From Antedon mediterranea (Eukaryota; Animalia; Echinodermata): DNA of 64,000 nt. Below are positions 49,256 to 61,319 of the stretch, piece after piece. A program made the position numbers and the translations under genes. The notes beneath the pieces are model-generated. The model did no database searches and was not told the DNA's origin. It was given only the letters and a program-made list of their open reading frames with translations. The stretch covers positions 1 to 64,000 of the forward strand of contig NC_092679.1 in assembly GCF_964355755.1 (NCBI RefSeq). The letters are read 5' to 3'. Position 1 is the first letter of the stretch. Each line of letters starts with the position of its first letter.

Positions 49256-50109
49256 GGCCCGATCGTCTATTTGAAAGAAAATTTCAGAAGACGATATTTA
49301 AAAGAAAATTTCAGAAGACGATATTTAAAAGAAAATTTCAGAAGACGAGGGGGGCTAATAGAGGGCCACGACCGGCCCACCAGCCTCTTGCACCACTCAT
49401 TTAGAGTGGTGTACGGTGAGTTACGGTGAGATTTGGGCCCGATCGTCTTGAAGTGGGCCCGATCGTCCGTGCCGTGGTCCCTATTGTCTGATAACCGGCT
49501 AGGTAGCCTAGCTAGCCTCCTACTCCTACCTGGCCTAGGTTATAGGCTAGCCTAGGCCTACATAGCCGCCCTCTAACTAGAGGCCTACTTTTTTTAAATA
49601 GGGGCCTAGGCCTCCTAGCTAGGCCTAGGCCTAGGCCTAGTCTTAGATTAGTTAGGCCTAGTCTAGGGCCTAGGCCTAGATCATGGAGTAATAATACTAC
49701 TCCATGCATGGTTAGATGCTATATCTTAAGCGGATTTCTTAAGATTAATCTTAATCTCTTAATCTGTGAATTACAAACTTACCAGTCCTTTTTACGCTAA
49801 AAAAAGTCTTCACAAAGTTTAATTTAGTTATAGGCTCATTGGACCTCATTCCGTTCGTTGCTTCTGCTTACACTCCGCGGAGGAATTGTGTTTGGTAAGG
49901 GGTGGATTTTTCGGATTGGTACGTATACTGCTTGGCCGGCTGCTGCTGTTGTTTTTGTATTTGATGGGTCTGTCGCCCTCTTTTTTAAAAATTAATTTTC
50001 TACGAAAGCCAGCTAGGGCCAAACAAATTATACAGTATTCTGATTTCAAGAATTCAAAATACACATTACAAATTTAAATACCATTAAATAGTTACAGGAG
50101 GGGAACCAA

Positions 50110-50121
50110 CAAGATGGCGGC
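50110..50121 (+). promoter_or_regulatory. YY1-type motif near the SAV1 transcription start region
   Basis: CAAGATGGCGGC matches the YY1 consensus, just upstream of SAV1 non-coding exon 1. Confidence 0.5.
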
Positions 50122-50789
50122 CGTAAATGTGTTCAAAAACATTATTTAATATAAAAAATAATAATCTAATATAGGGGACTAGGCCTAATAGGCTACACAT
50201 GGAGGTATATACCTCCATGGGCTACACATAAATAAACAAGAAATATTTCTTACAAAAAACGCCGCGTGACTTTTTGACTGGACAGTTGTAAGAACAGTCT
50301 TCATTAATCTAATATAATAGGTCGGCCAATCAAAACGCAAGTGAACAATTGGGACTTTACTTGTGATTTATGTCATTGGCCTGTCAGCACAGTCGTTTCT
50401 TTCTAGAATTAAACGCACAAACTTGTATTGGGAATAATGTATGTTTATGTTGTTATTACTATCGCATTTAGGTATTGATATTAATAATAATATGGCTTTT
50501 GAATATATAATTACTGTCTGTAGAATAACATTTATACATTTTCGGTTCGCGATGAAAAGTTATATGAATGGATTTGTAATAGTTATTTATAATAATAGTA
50601 TATGGGTTGTATTATTGCTAAGCTATCACCAAATCGCGTTATAACATTATTTCTCAGGGTTTTTTGCACCATTGATCAATACCAAACGCGTATCGGTATT
50701 ATGGTTTTTAATGAATCATTACTTTAATAAAAATACCCAATTAAATCAATCGCGTCAGTCCAATTCCGACTTATGTTTCGATCACATAA

Positions 50790-50946
50790 TTGTTCTGTGT
50801 CTACACTGTCCCAACTAGTTTAACAAAAAAAGTGTGATCTGCCCAAATATGGTAGTGATATGCCCGAATATCGTAGTGATATGACATCGTCATGTCTATA
50901 TAATATGGGCACGTCATATTTAGTTTGATAGTATAGACAGAGCTTA
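50790..50946. mobile_element. Harbinger-like MITE; fragment of the same family at ~22710-22760
   Basis: TGTCTACACT ... AGTTTGATAGTATAGACAGAGCTTA; the same right end TTTGATAGTGTAGACAGAGCT occurs at 22737-22758. Confidence 0.55.
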
Positions 50947-50969
50947 AGGATTATATTTAAAAAATGTTT

Positions 50970-51920
50970 TCTTACATTTTGAAAAAAAGTATTTATTTGT
51001 TTATAAGCCCAATTTTCCAGTCTTAATTTTACATTTTGAAAAAAAAGTATTTTATTTGTTGATAAGCCCAATTGTGCAGTCTTATTTTACATTTTGAACG
51101 AAAGTATTTATTTGTTGATAAGCCCAATTTTGCATTCTTATTTTACATTTTAAACGAAAGTATTTATTTGTTGATAAGCCGAATTTTCCAGTTTAATAAT
51201 AATGACCCCTTCCACAGTGCTTATACCATGTACATTTTACATGATATTGACCGTGGGTTCTTTACGCCTCTGATGCATTTGTTTTTATTGTACCTTTTTA
51301 ATAAATTATTATATGTTTAGGCCTAATCACACCCAATTTAATGAAACGGTAAGATTCCGATTTCAATTGAAAGAAAGTAGTACTGTATTTATTATTCATT
51401 GATAAGAAGCCAAGGGTCCCATGGCGTTAGCCGATATCTTGAGCATTTGACTCATGTGTCAACCTGTAACACAAATCGTTCTTCAAAATCTATACTAAAG
51501 AAAGAACCTCACACGTCTTTTTTGTGAGTGATACACTATGGATATGCCCATGGAAATAATATGTGGACATTGCAAACAATCATAGGCCTACAGTAACAAA
51601 CATAACATGGCTAATAAGCATAACATTCAGACTTGTTTGTTTTCTAGTGGATTTTTATTTACTTTAGCGTGTAGAATAAAACTAGTAACAGTGGCTATAT
51701 TAATAATTATACTGATTATCCTTGATGTTATCGCGTCTAATAATAAAATATTTTGTTGTTGATAAGCCCAATTTTTCAGCCTTGATTTTACATTTTGAAC
51801 GAAAGTATTTATTTGTTGATAAGCCCACTTTTGCAGTCTTAATAATTACCCTTCCACAGTGCATTTTACATGATATTGACCGAGGGTTTTTACGCCTCTA
51901 TAGCCACTGATCAATACCAT
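50970..51920. repeat. ~53-bp tandem units (TTTATTTGTTGATAAGCCCAATT) in two blocks
   Basis: Units at 50970-51270 and 51750-51920, sharing a tail CCTTCCACAGTGC..CATGATATTGACCG. Confidence 0.75.
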
Positions 51921-52167
51921 AATTAATGTACTTTTTTAAATTCAAAAAAACGGTCCGTTTTCGAGTTTAATCTTTTGGTTACAGAGGTTGGAGCCCGAGT
52001 TTTTGTAGACCGGACTTCCATGCACAGCCACATGTTAAGGAATATGAATCTCTTTATGATTTTAATATCGTTCGAAATGATATTACACAACAACGATTAG
52101 ACAGCAACTGTGCAAGAGTCCAACTAATAAAATCGGAATGATCAATTAATTGAACATTTACAGCATA

Positions 52168-52528
52168 AGGCCCATACACTAGGACGATAACGATCGACGA
52201 TAAATAGACAAATGTGCATTTTTAATACATAAACCAAAAGAAATATAAACAATTCCTGTGATGAAAATTATATTTTCACACGTCCAATCAAATGACGTCA
52301 TGATTAGTAAGACCAATAATATCGTGACAATACAGCGATTTTATTGTTTTTATTTATCATGACGTCATTTGATTGGAATTTGAAAAACATTATTTTTATC
52401 AAAGACAGCATAAATGATTATCCTATAGGTCTAGAACGAAAACCTTTCTAATTTCTTTTGGTTTATGAAAAAAAAATGCATGCTATATATTTATCGTCCG
52501 TCATTATCGTCATAGTGTAATTGGGCCT
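52168..52528. mobile_element. PIF/Harbinger-like MITE
   Basis: AGGCCCATACACTAGGACGATAACGA ... TCATTATCGTCATAGTGTAATTGGGCCT with TAA/TTA-like flanks; the interior is also inverted (TCCAATCAAATGACGTCATGAT and its complement). Confidence 0.75.
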
Positions 52529-54055
52529 TTATACAAAAAAAAATAAATTGATTACGAAGTTACATGTCATTTTCACCTATCACCAAAAAACTAACCTTTT
52601 CAACACTAATTAATTGTTACGAAGCCAATTTATATTATATATTTCATTAAAACTGAACTTTACGGTAAATGAAGAGTAAGTATCAGTTAATATGAATAAT
52701 ATAACTAGTAGGTCTATGAACTTGCGTCCAGACACAGAACTGTGACATTACTATCATAAATGTTGAAACCACTTATAAAACCTTTTTTTAAAGAAAATAT
52801 AATTGTGCAAGGAGAAGGCTAATAAACAAATAGATAATGTACAAATCTTTTTCTGGATTAATTAATGGAGCAGGCGTTCCTAATAATCTGCTGCTGCTAC
52901 CTAGACTGATTGTTCACCTTCTGACGATAATTGATTGGACCTACCCCCCCCCCTCCCCACGGCATCTGATAACCAAAAAAAAATTTACCAGGACTGTTTC
53001 AATGATTTAATATCTGACGGCGTATTATTATAACATTGGCCTAGATTGACAGTCATAAAAAAGAAAGTCATTGTATATACTTCCCTTTATGTTGACAGAG
53101 CCAAAATAAAGTTTTGACCATTATCGAATGATTATTTGACAGTGACTTATTATAATACCGGCCTGGTTGACAGCAAAAACTAAGTTATTATTTATTAAAC
53201 AAGATTTTACAGATTTCCGTCCACATCTCAATAATAGGCCTACTGTTATCAGCAAAGGCTTTCATATAGACTCTCTTCTCCAAGACGTTTTTGGGGTCCA
53301 GCAGCATAGTCGAGTTTCCAAATTCACAAAACTGTCAGCCTTAGATACTAAAGCTACTGCTATGAAACAGCTTATTAATGAATGTGTCCTCCTGGGACAT
53401 AGCTGGCTAGAGCCGCGGCGCGAAAACTATGTGAGAGGTAAGGAGGAAACACGCCCTCTCGGCGTATTACTGTCATGGTAACGTTTAACAGTTAGAGTAC
53501 ATACTAAAACTTAACTCTGTACTGTTACCCTCTCATATCATACAGACAGAGCTTGCAGCAGAGAGTCTACACTCTGTGTAATAATAAAAACGTAGGCCCT
53601 AACTGCTAAATCTTCAATCACATACCTTGTTAATGTTGGAATTGATTTTGACCAGAACCTGAGTGGTACAGCTACAGCAGGTAGGCTATGTAATACTACT
53701 ATACCTAGTACTAGTTAGTAGGCTAGGCCTATAATATATAGTATAGGCCTAGTACTAGCCTACTAGCTAGGCCTCCTAGAAGGCCTAGCTAGTAAGCCTA
53801 CCTAGTTTTAGGCCCTGGCCTAGCCTCTATCTATAATATATCTATAATAATATGAGGCCCATTGTAATTTGTATGCTAGGCCTAGGCTAGGCCGTATTGT
53901 ATGTTAACCAACCTAAAATAACATAAAGGAGGATACCCTCAGAAATTATCAGAAAGTGTAACAACATTCAATTTCTTTTCATTAATACTAGATTACTACT
54001 ACAATTAATCTAGTAATTCCTAGGCCCTAGACTACTCTACTAAATAGGAAAAAAT

Positions 54056-54714
54056 ATGAGTGGGGAATGTATGGGAACATTTGGAAGCTACCAATGGCGA
54101 TATCCACAATATCTTATGGAAAAATATTACCAAAATGTTACACCAGCAGCAGGAGATGATGGTGTACAAGGTGCAAGTACAGAGACTGTGTGGGTCAATA
54201 AACGTTACATCCCAACCGACTTGAGAAGCACTGCTCCAGTAGCACGGCACAAGCTAATGACACCAACGAATCTGCCACAAGTAGAGAAACATTGGGTGCC
54301 TTATGGTGAGCCTTCATTAAGTAGAATCTTAAGAGCAACAGAAGAACAGTTTATATATAAATCTCAACCAAGTACAAGATCAGAACAATGGTCAACATTA
54401 AGACAGCTTTTGCCATCATATGGTAGACCTATACGGAAGTGTCCTCCAAATTGGGGAACAGGCATAGCTCTTCCCCCATTAGTAACACCAAAGAGAGAAG
54501 AAAGGTTCCCCCACATTAACAGTCCAATGACAAGGTAAGCTTTACAGTAAGAATAGATTACAGTTTTAATTAAAGATATGCTTGTACTGTAAGTATTTAC
54601 AATTATTCTTATTTATTCTTATACTTCACACAATAATGTTGCTTTAAAATGTTTTTGATTTCCAGATACACAGATGATATGCACCTTACAAATCGGCTAT
54701 TTAGACTGCATTAG
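54056..54714 (+). CDS. Uncharacterised 175-aa protein, possibly ciliary or flagellar
   Basis: Exons 54056-54534 (ACAAG|gtaag) and 54666-54714 (ttccag|A TAC...TAG). Non-coding exon donor at 53681, acceptor near 54046, AATAAA near 54946. Non-repetitive ORF ending RFPHINSPMTRYTDDMHLTNRLFRLH. Confidence 0.8.
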
Positions 54715-56677
54715 GAATCTGTGGAGAGACTGTTTCAAGACTACATTAATTAACAGATATATCCATTTTTAGAGTTGTTTTTTAATACAAATCAATTACT
54801 AAGATGAATTGTACTTTTGTATCTTTTTCATATTTATACCTGACTTTCAACAGTGTGACTGTGCAATAACTTTGGATAATGTGTGCCTGGTTTCCATTTC
54901 ATGACACGTGATTGTTTATTTTATAGTTTTTAATTTTTGTTTAGTAATAAAAGATAAATACTGTACATATAGAGATGTTTTGTGTACTTGTGTAAAAAAG
55001 TGCATTGCACTCTACCAATGTAACAGTACATGAGAAATAGCCTATTATATTACATAGCCTATGTAACAGTACATGAGAAATAGCCTATTATATTCAATAT
55101 ACAGTTACTACGTACTACACATTACATCATCAAACCACATCTTTGTTTACAGCAGTAGCATAACGATGCATTATGATTCTGTTGAAATGGTTTAATACAG
55201 CCATAACAATGTAAATGCATCTTGTCGTAAATGTTTTATAGAATACAACACAAATAATTTATATTTATTGTTGACAATTTATTGACACAGAAGAATATTA
55301 AGACATTGACATGAAATCTATTACTTTATATCAACTGGTGTGCAAATAGCAAAGGTGGTATACAAGTTAATTGCATTTACTCACAATACATATCAAAAGT
55401 CAATTCAAAGATTTTATAAGATCACATGTATAACAAGTCCAATACTGGAAGGGCAGACATTACCACAATGGATGCAGGGGATAGTTGTGTAGTATGCTGT
55501 CAGTGCATGTAAAGAAACATTGCTAAATGCGAAGGAGGTACAGTATTAGATAACAAACACAGGTTAAGTACCACAGCGAATGGTCATTATTTTAGTAGGG
55601 TAAAGAGCACCTCTCACCTTAAATAATGTATGTAAATTTCAGTGTGGCCCGTTGTGTAAATTGAAAAGAAACTAGTGCATAAAGTATCATATACAAGCAG
55701 TGTTGAAACATACCGAGTGAAGATGAGCTACATTTCATTAATACAGCTGGTTATATTATCATCGGTTCATTTTGTATCTTAACTGATTTATGAGAGCTTT
55801 TAAAGCTTGAGTCTGACCTGACACACTCGTTGCCAACGCCATTTTATTTTACATAGCTAATTACTGCTATTTAAGTACTTCTACTTGAATTTCCAAATAA
55901 AATATTTGCCATTAAGTTTTCTACCTGCTCTTCCTAATTGCTTTATATCTTTGTTTCAGTTCATCAGTAGTATGTCAATCAAATCTACAAAACATGAGCT
56001 TACATTTTACAAATGGTAGATAGTGTAGGCCTATTATATCTGTAATCTTGCTTTAAAAACATTAACAAAAGTAGTCTATCTCTGAACCAGCATTTGTTTA
56101 AAACATAAAATAAATCTATCAATGCAAGTGTGGAGTACTTTTTAATTTAAAAACTCCCATTCTAAATGGTAGCTCCTTGCTACCTTTATTCTAATATGTT
56201 AAAATATTTGTTAATGTTACACTAATATGCAATATATCTATTCAATACATTTATATCTATCTACATTTTATATAGTAATTTAAAATTGTCTACTTGTGAT
56301 TGCACTTTAACAACTTCTCCTATAGCAACATCTGGTGGTACAAACTAAAGTTTTTTTTAAAATAATTTAGACAAAAAGGAATCTGAATGCAAGTTGATTT
56401 GATAACAAATCCATTACTTAATAACAATATTACTTAAACCATTGATTTACAGGTTGCACATTATGGTAAAAATAATCCCTTAGATCCATAGATCATACAA
56501 TTAAAGATCTTTATAATAAGTTTAAACATGTTGATATGATTTAAATTAAATGATACAACCAATTATGTAGTAGCTTTCAGTCTACAAAAACATACAAGGA
56601 AAAAAAATATACAAGTTTGTTCTTTTGCAAAAACCAATGTAAGTATAAATTTGCATGTACCTGTGTAACATTAAATA

Positions 56678-56815
56678 TGATAACAGAACATCCTTCTTGT
56701 TATACAACATGATAACAGAACATCCTTCTTGTTATACAACATGATAACAGAACATCCTTCTTGTTATACAACATGATAACAGAACATCCTTCTTAAGTAT
56801 GTTATACAACATGAT
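56678..56815. repeat. 31-bp tandem repeat in the FEZ 3'UTR region
   Basis: ATGATAACAGAACATCCTTCTTGTTATACAAC x4. Confidence 0.85.
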
Positions 56816-58150
56816 AAAAAAAAACAACAGGTACAAAGCTACTTAAAAGCAAATAAATGATTTGTTAATCTAATATAATTCTTTGGCTGTTATCTCTCAC
56901 ATGAATGAAAAGATATAAATTGAAAACTTAAAAAAAATACAACAGTAGTATGTATATACACAGCACCAAAATAACACTAACAGATTCAATTTTATAAACA
57001 GAATATGAATTTGACAATCTACAGTTAATAGTTTATCAACATACTTCATGATTTAAATGTTTTAACAACTACTAGACAGATCATGTGAATAAAGCAATTA
57101 AACAAATAATGATAATTATTTGTAGGTGAATCCTTACTACTATTTAAATTCCCAACAAACTTTGTCAGGAATAACGAAATATCAGGTTGCTTTTGTGATG
57201 TCAGAGGCTGCTTGTGTGATGTCAGAGGTTGCTTGTGTGATGTCAGAGGTTGGTGTTTTTCTCTTTGGAATGCAATACAACTTACAAGAATATACTTCAA
57301 AATTAATTATTATAAATATACAATGTTAATATACAAGCAATAACACAGTTATTATTACCACTGCTAAGTATGATCACTATGATATTCATATAACAACAAT
57401 GATTTAAACATTTATTTGACAATGACTAGAATAACTACTGCTTGGATTAGTGTAACATGAAGCAGCATCTAAAAGAACTTTGGTTGGGAAACTAAACTTT
57501 TATTAAAGCTATTTAAAATTGTGGGCGGTAAGTTTTTTTTCTTAAGAAAAAAAAACATACTCTTCAGAGCAAAACAGTATTAGCTTTTTATATTTTGTAC
57601 AATATGAATAAAAATTACGTTACAATACATCAAACACTGATTTTTTAAATATCCAAAGATCAGAAATGACAAAAAATATGTTGAGAATTAATTTCATATT
57701 TCTATGTTGTTTTTCCTATGAACTCCAGTGTTCTTGATTTGTTTATTTGCCAAAGCTTCTTTAGCTAAGCAGCATCTAGGATTCTGTAAAATTTAGCTAA
57801 GCAGCATCTAGGATTCTGTAAAATTGCACAATATTTACAATTTACAGTTCCAAATATTTGTAAAAATGTACATTGTTAATAAAATGTTGCATTGTTTACA
57901 GACATATACCAACAATTTTAAATTTGATGGGCACTGTTTATATTTTTGCTAATAAATTCATTATATAGATGAAAGCAAATATATTCTTATTTGGTTAATA
58001 AAAAAGACAACTTAGCACTAAATAGAGACACAAAGAGGACAAACAATGTGTGTTCATATTTGAACTTGTAACAAGTTGTTAAGCCATTCAGGACAAACAA
58101 TGTGTGTTCATATTTGACCTTGTAACAAGTTGTTAAGCCATTCAGGACAT

Positions 58151-58964
58151 TTATGTTGGACACAATACTGAAAAAAAAAAAGAAGGTTTTTGTTACTTTA
58201 AATATATAAAAAAAATTACGTATTTGTTTATATATCTACCGTAGTTAATTATCAACTATGGTTAATACCTTTAAGTATATAGTTGGTCAAAAGATCTGGA
58301 ACTTCTTTACTGTCTTCATCCATTGCTCTGAGGACTAAAGAAAACAGTATTTTAACCATAAATATTGGAAATACAAAAGCAGCAATGACTGTATACAAAG
58401 AATAAGAATCAAAAACTTACTTTTAGTGACAATCTGTAAAGTCTGTATAGTTGGAGGTCCTCTTGGCTTATTGTATGGTATTCTTGTTGTTAGATACTGA
58501 AATGTCAAATATTTGGTATAATGGCTTGAAGATGCAAAATCTAAATGCATGCTTTATAATATGAACGTATAAAACATTAGTAATAAAACAATGAATACAA
58601 ATACTGAGTATAATAGAGGTACACTTACAAGTCCGGGTTAGGGAATACAAATACCAAGTATAATAGAGGTACACTTACAAGTCCGGGTTAGGGAATACAA
58701 ATACTCAGTATAATAGAGGTACACTTACAAGTCCGGGTTCGACACCATTTTTTCCTTTCTTCCCTTGTTTTTTAACTTTCAACGATTTCTGTTTGTTCTG
58801 AACCCTAACAAGGGCAGATATAAACTGATTCTTCATTTCTTTTTCAAACTCAAGTTCTTCTCGGAGAGCAAGATCATGAACTAACACTTCAGAATATTCT
58901 TTGATAGTTTGGTCTAGTTCCTCAAGCAGTTCATTTAGAGCTTGCAAGGACATTGTCTTTAACT
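58151..58964 (-). CDS. FEZ2: Fasciculation and elongation protein zeta (FEZ1/FEZ2, UNC-76 homologue), 3' exons; 5' part lies beyond the window
   Basis: Exons 58964-58729, 58496-58421, 58334-58269, 58167-58151. LNELLEELDQTIKEYSEVLVHDLALREELEFEKEMKNQFISALVRVQNKQK, YLTTRIPY, ILRAMDEDSKEVPDLLTNYILKVLCPT* are hallmark FEZ sequences. Probably a co-orthologue of FEZ1 and FEZ2. Confidence 0.9.
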
Positions 58965-59600
58965 CTAAAAAAATGGACGTAAAATTTTGAATTATAGATT
59001 CTATACTATTATACAAATGAGTTTATATTCTACTGCATCTGGGAACTAATTACTATCCATTTTCAGCCTATAATCCACGTCCAACGACTCGCCACAGAAT
59101 ACAAATTTAATAACAGCAATTTTAAGAACGTGCATAGGTAATACAGTATTGGTGAAAAGATTTGAATATGTAGTAGTTTGATGTTTATATAGAAATAAAC
59201 ACAACATAAATTTAGTAATAATACAAATTACAACTTATGATAATCTTAACCCCCTAAGAGAATATTCAAAACAATTTGATTAAAATGATCAATAAATAAA
59301 ATTAAAGGGTAGCTTCATTATACTATCCCAGCAGACAGATAGATATTTGGCATTCATTAGGCTTATTTGTACAGTACACTGGTTTATGCACTAGGCAAGT
59401 GAATGACACAAATATTACATTTGTCATACTGAATTTTTATAATGTGTCTTAAAAAGATAAAAAGAAAAAGCAAATTTAATTATTTTATGTATAATGTACA
59501 AACTAACATGTAAAAAACAAATAAGTGAAATGGAACTAATGCTAAAAGTGAAAAACAATTGAAAAAAAAAAGAAAATACTGAAATAAAATAACCAAATAC

Positions 59601-59612
59601 CTTGCCATCCAT
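59601..59612 (-). CDS. Candidate 12-nt microexon of FEZ
   Basis: ttttacaacttgcacacag|ATGGATGGCAAG|gtattt; phase 1-1, compatible with the next exon (G|AG TTA AAG). Confidence 0.55.
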
Positions 59613-60399
59613 CTGTGTGCAAGTTGTAAAATTAAAATAAAAATTAAGTTTAAATAAAAATTAGAATAACTTAAATAAAAGAATGCAAGCATGAACTAAA
59701 ATAGATTATATTTATACTGTAGAACTTAATGTATGCAAAATAAAACCATGCACAGTATAACTTATATCTCTCAGTATCTTTACTACCATCTGAAATAATT
59801 TAACATATTAATAATCACTAACAATCTAAATTGATTACTTTACATTTACAATAGTGCCTTGTATTGATGATGTCTAACTAATGGTCTAGTTTGATATATC
59901 TTCAATCAACTGTCTCTTTGCTATTTAGATACAATACATATAATTATAAGCTCAATCTCAATCAAAAAGTACAGTATCTGTATTCGCATGCAATGCTTAT
60001 TAACATGTGTTTATCATTTGTAATTAGAAATTATGCTGGCAATCTGTGTACTTAAGCACAAAGCAAGGCAACTGTTTATCAGATTTAAGCACGCAATGTG
60101 CTCTGTGTTTTTAAATTATTGATTTATCCAGTAAGAATGCACGATAAGGTCATGTGACTGTTTTCATCCTGGCTAAATTTAACAATAATTATTATGGTAT
60201 CTTGTCACGTCAGTGGTGAGTAATAAAGAACACTGCATATTAAATAGGATGCTTTAGTTACTAGTGCTGCTAGTATATTAGTAGTACTACTATCAAACAT
60301 CGAAATACTTCATATTAAATAAGGAGTGCTGTATTAAAAATAGAGAACAGGAATGCATTAGTAATAGTAGAAATATTAAACATGGAGAACACTGCAAAT

Positions 60400-61075
60400 T
60401 ATTAAATGGGAATGCTTTAGTAGTATTCAATATAGAGAGCAGGGCACATTAAATGGGAATGCTTTAGTAGTATTCAATATAGAGAGCAGGGCACATTAAA
60501 TGGGAATGCTTTAGTAGTACAGTCAACTCTCCCAATACCGGACTCTCTGAAAACCAGAAACTCTCCCAATACCAGACTTTTTTTGAGGACCAAAAGGTCC
60601 CAAATTTATATTTACCATTAAAAACACATTCCGAATACCAGACTTTCCGGAAAACCAGACTTATTTGGCCGGCCCAAAGGTGTCCGGTATTGGGAGAGTT
60701 GACTGTATTCAATATAGAGAGCAGGGCACATTAAATGGGAATGCTTTAGTAGTATTCAATATAGAGAGCAGGGCACATTAAATGGGAATGCTTTAGTAGT
60801 ATTCAATATAGAGAGCAGGGCACATTAAATGGGAATGCTTTAGTAGTATTCAATATAGAGAGCAGGGCACATTAAATGGGAATGCTTTAGTAGTATTCAA
60901 TATAGAGAGCAGGGCACATTAAATGGGAATGCTTTAGTAGTATTCAATATAGAGAGCAGGGCACATTAAATGGGAATGCTTTAGTAGTATTCAATATAGA
61001 GAGCAGGGCACATTAAATGGGAATGCTTTAGTAGTATTCAATATAGAGAGCAGGGCACATTAGATGGGAATCCAT
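60400..61075. repeat. 47-bp minisatellite interrupted by a MITE
   Basis: Unit ATAGAGAGCAGGGCACATTAAATGGGAATGCTTTAGTAGTATTCAAT. Confidence 0.95.
60520..60705. mobile_element. Tc1/mariner (pogo/Tigger-like) MITE
   Basis: TA|CAGTCAACTCTCCCAATACCGGAC ... GTCCGGTATTGGGAGAGTTGACTG|TA; perfect TIRs and TA duplication inside one satellite unit. Confidence 0.92.
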
Positions 61076-61319
61076 TAGTAGTAATATTAACCATAGAGAA
61101 CATGGCATATTAAATGGGAATGCAAGTATTGGAATACTGCACTATATCATTATTATTATCATTATTATTATTTTTGTTTATTTTGTGTTTACTCCATGGT
61201 TTATCCTTGGATTTTGAAGTTATAACAATAATATGTCCATTTTGGCAGATATGTTTCGGTTTTCAGTTTAAAAATTGTTATAATGTATACAGCTTTCATT
61301 CTCAAATATGTTCATTTCG

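Noticed and set aside
49846-50064. 72-aa ORF as SAV1 N-terminus
   Set aside because: Stops before the donor; the conserved SAV1 N-terminus (MLRPRKK...GKYTKKE) starts at 46856.
53167-53481. 104-aa ORF
   Set aside because: Non-ATG start, promoter region of the downstream gene, no homology recognised.
59762-59789. Possible extra small FEZ exon (tttcag|ATGGTAGTAAAG...)
   Set aside because: Good acceptor but no convincing frame-preserving donor; cannot be supported without RNA data.
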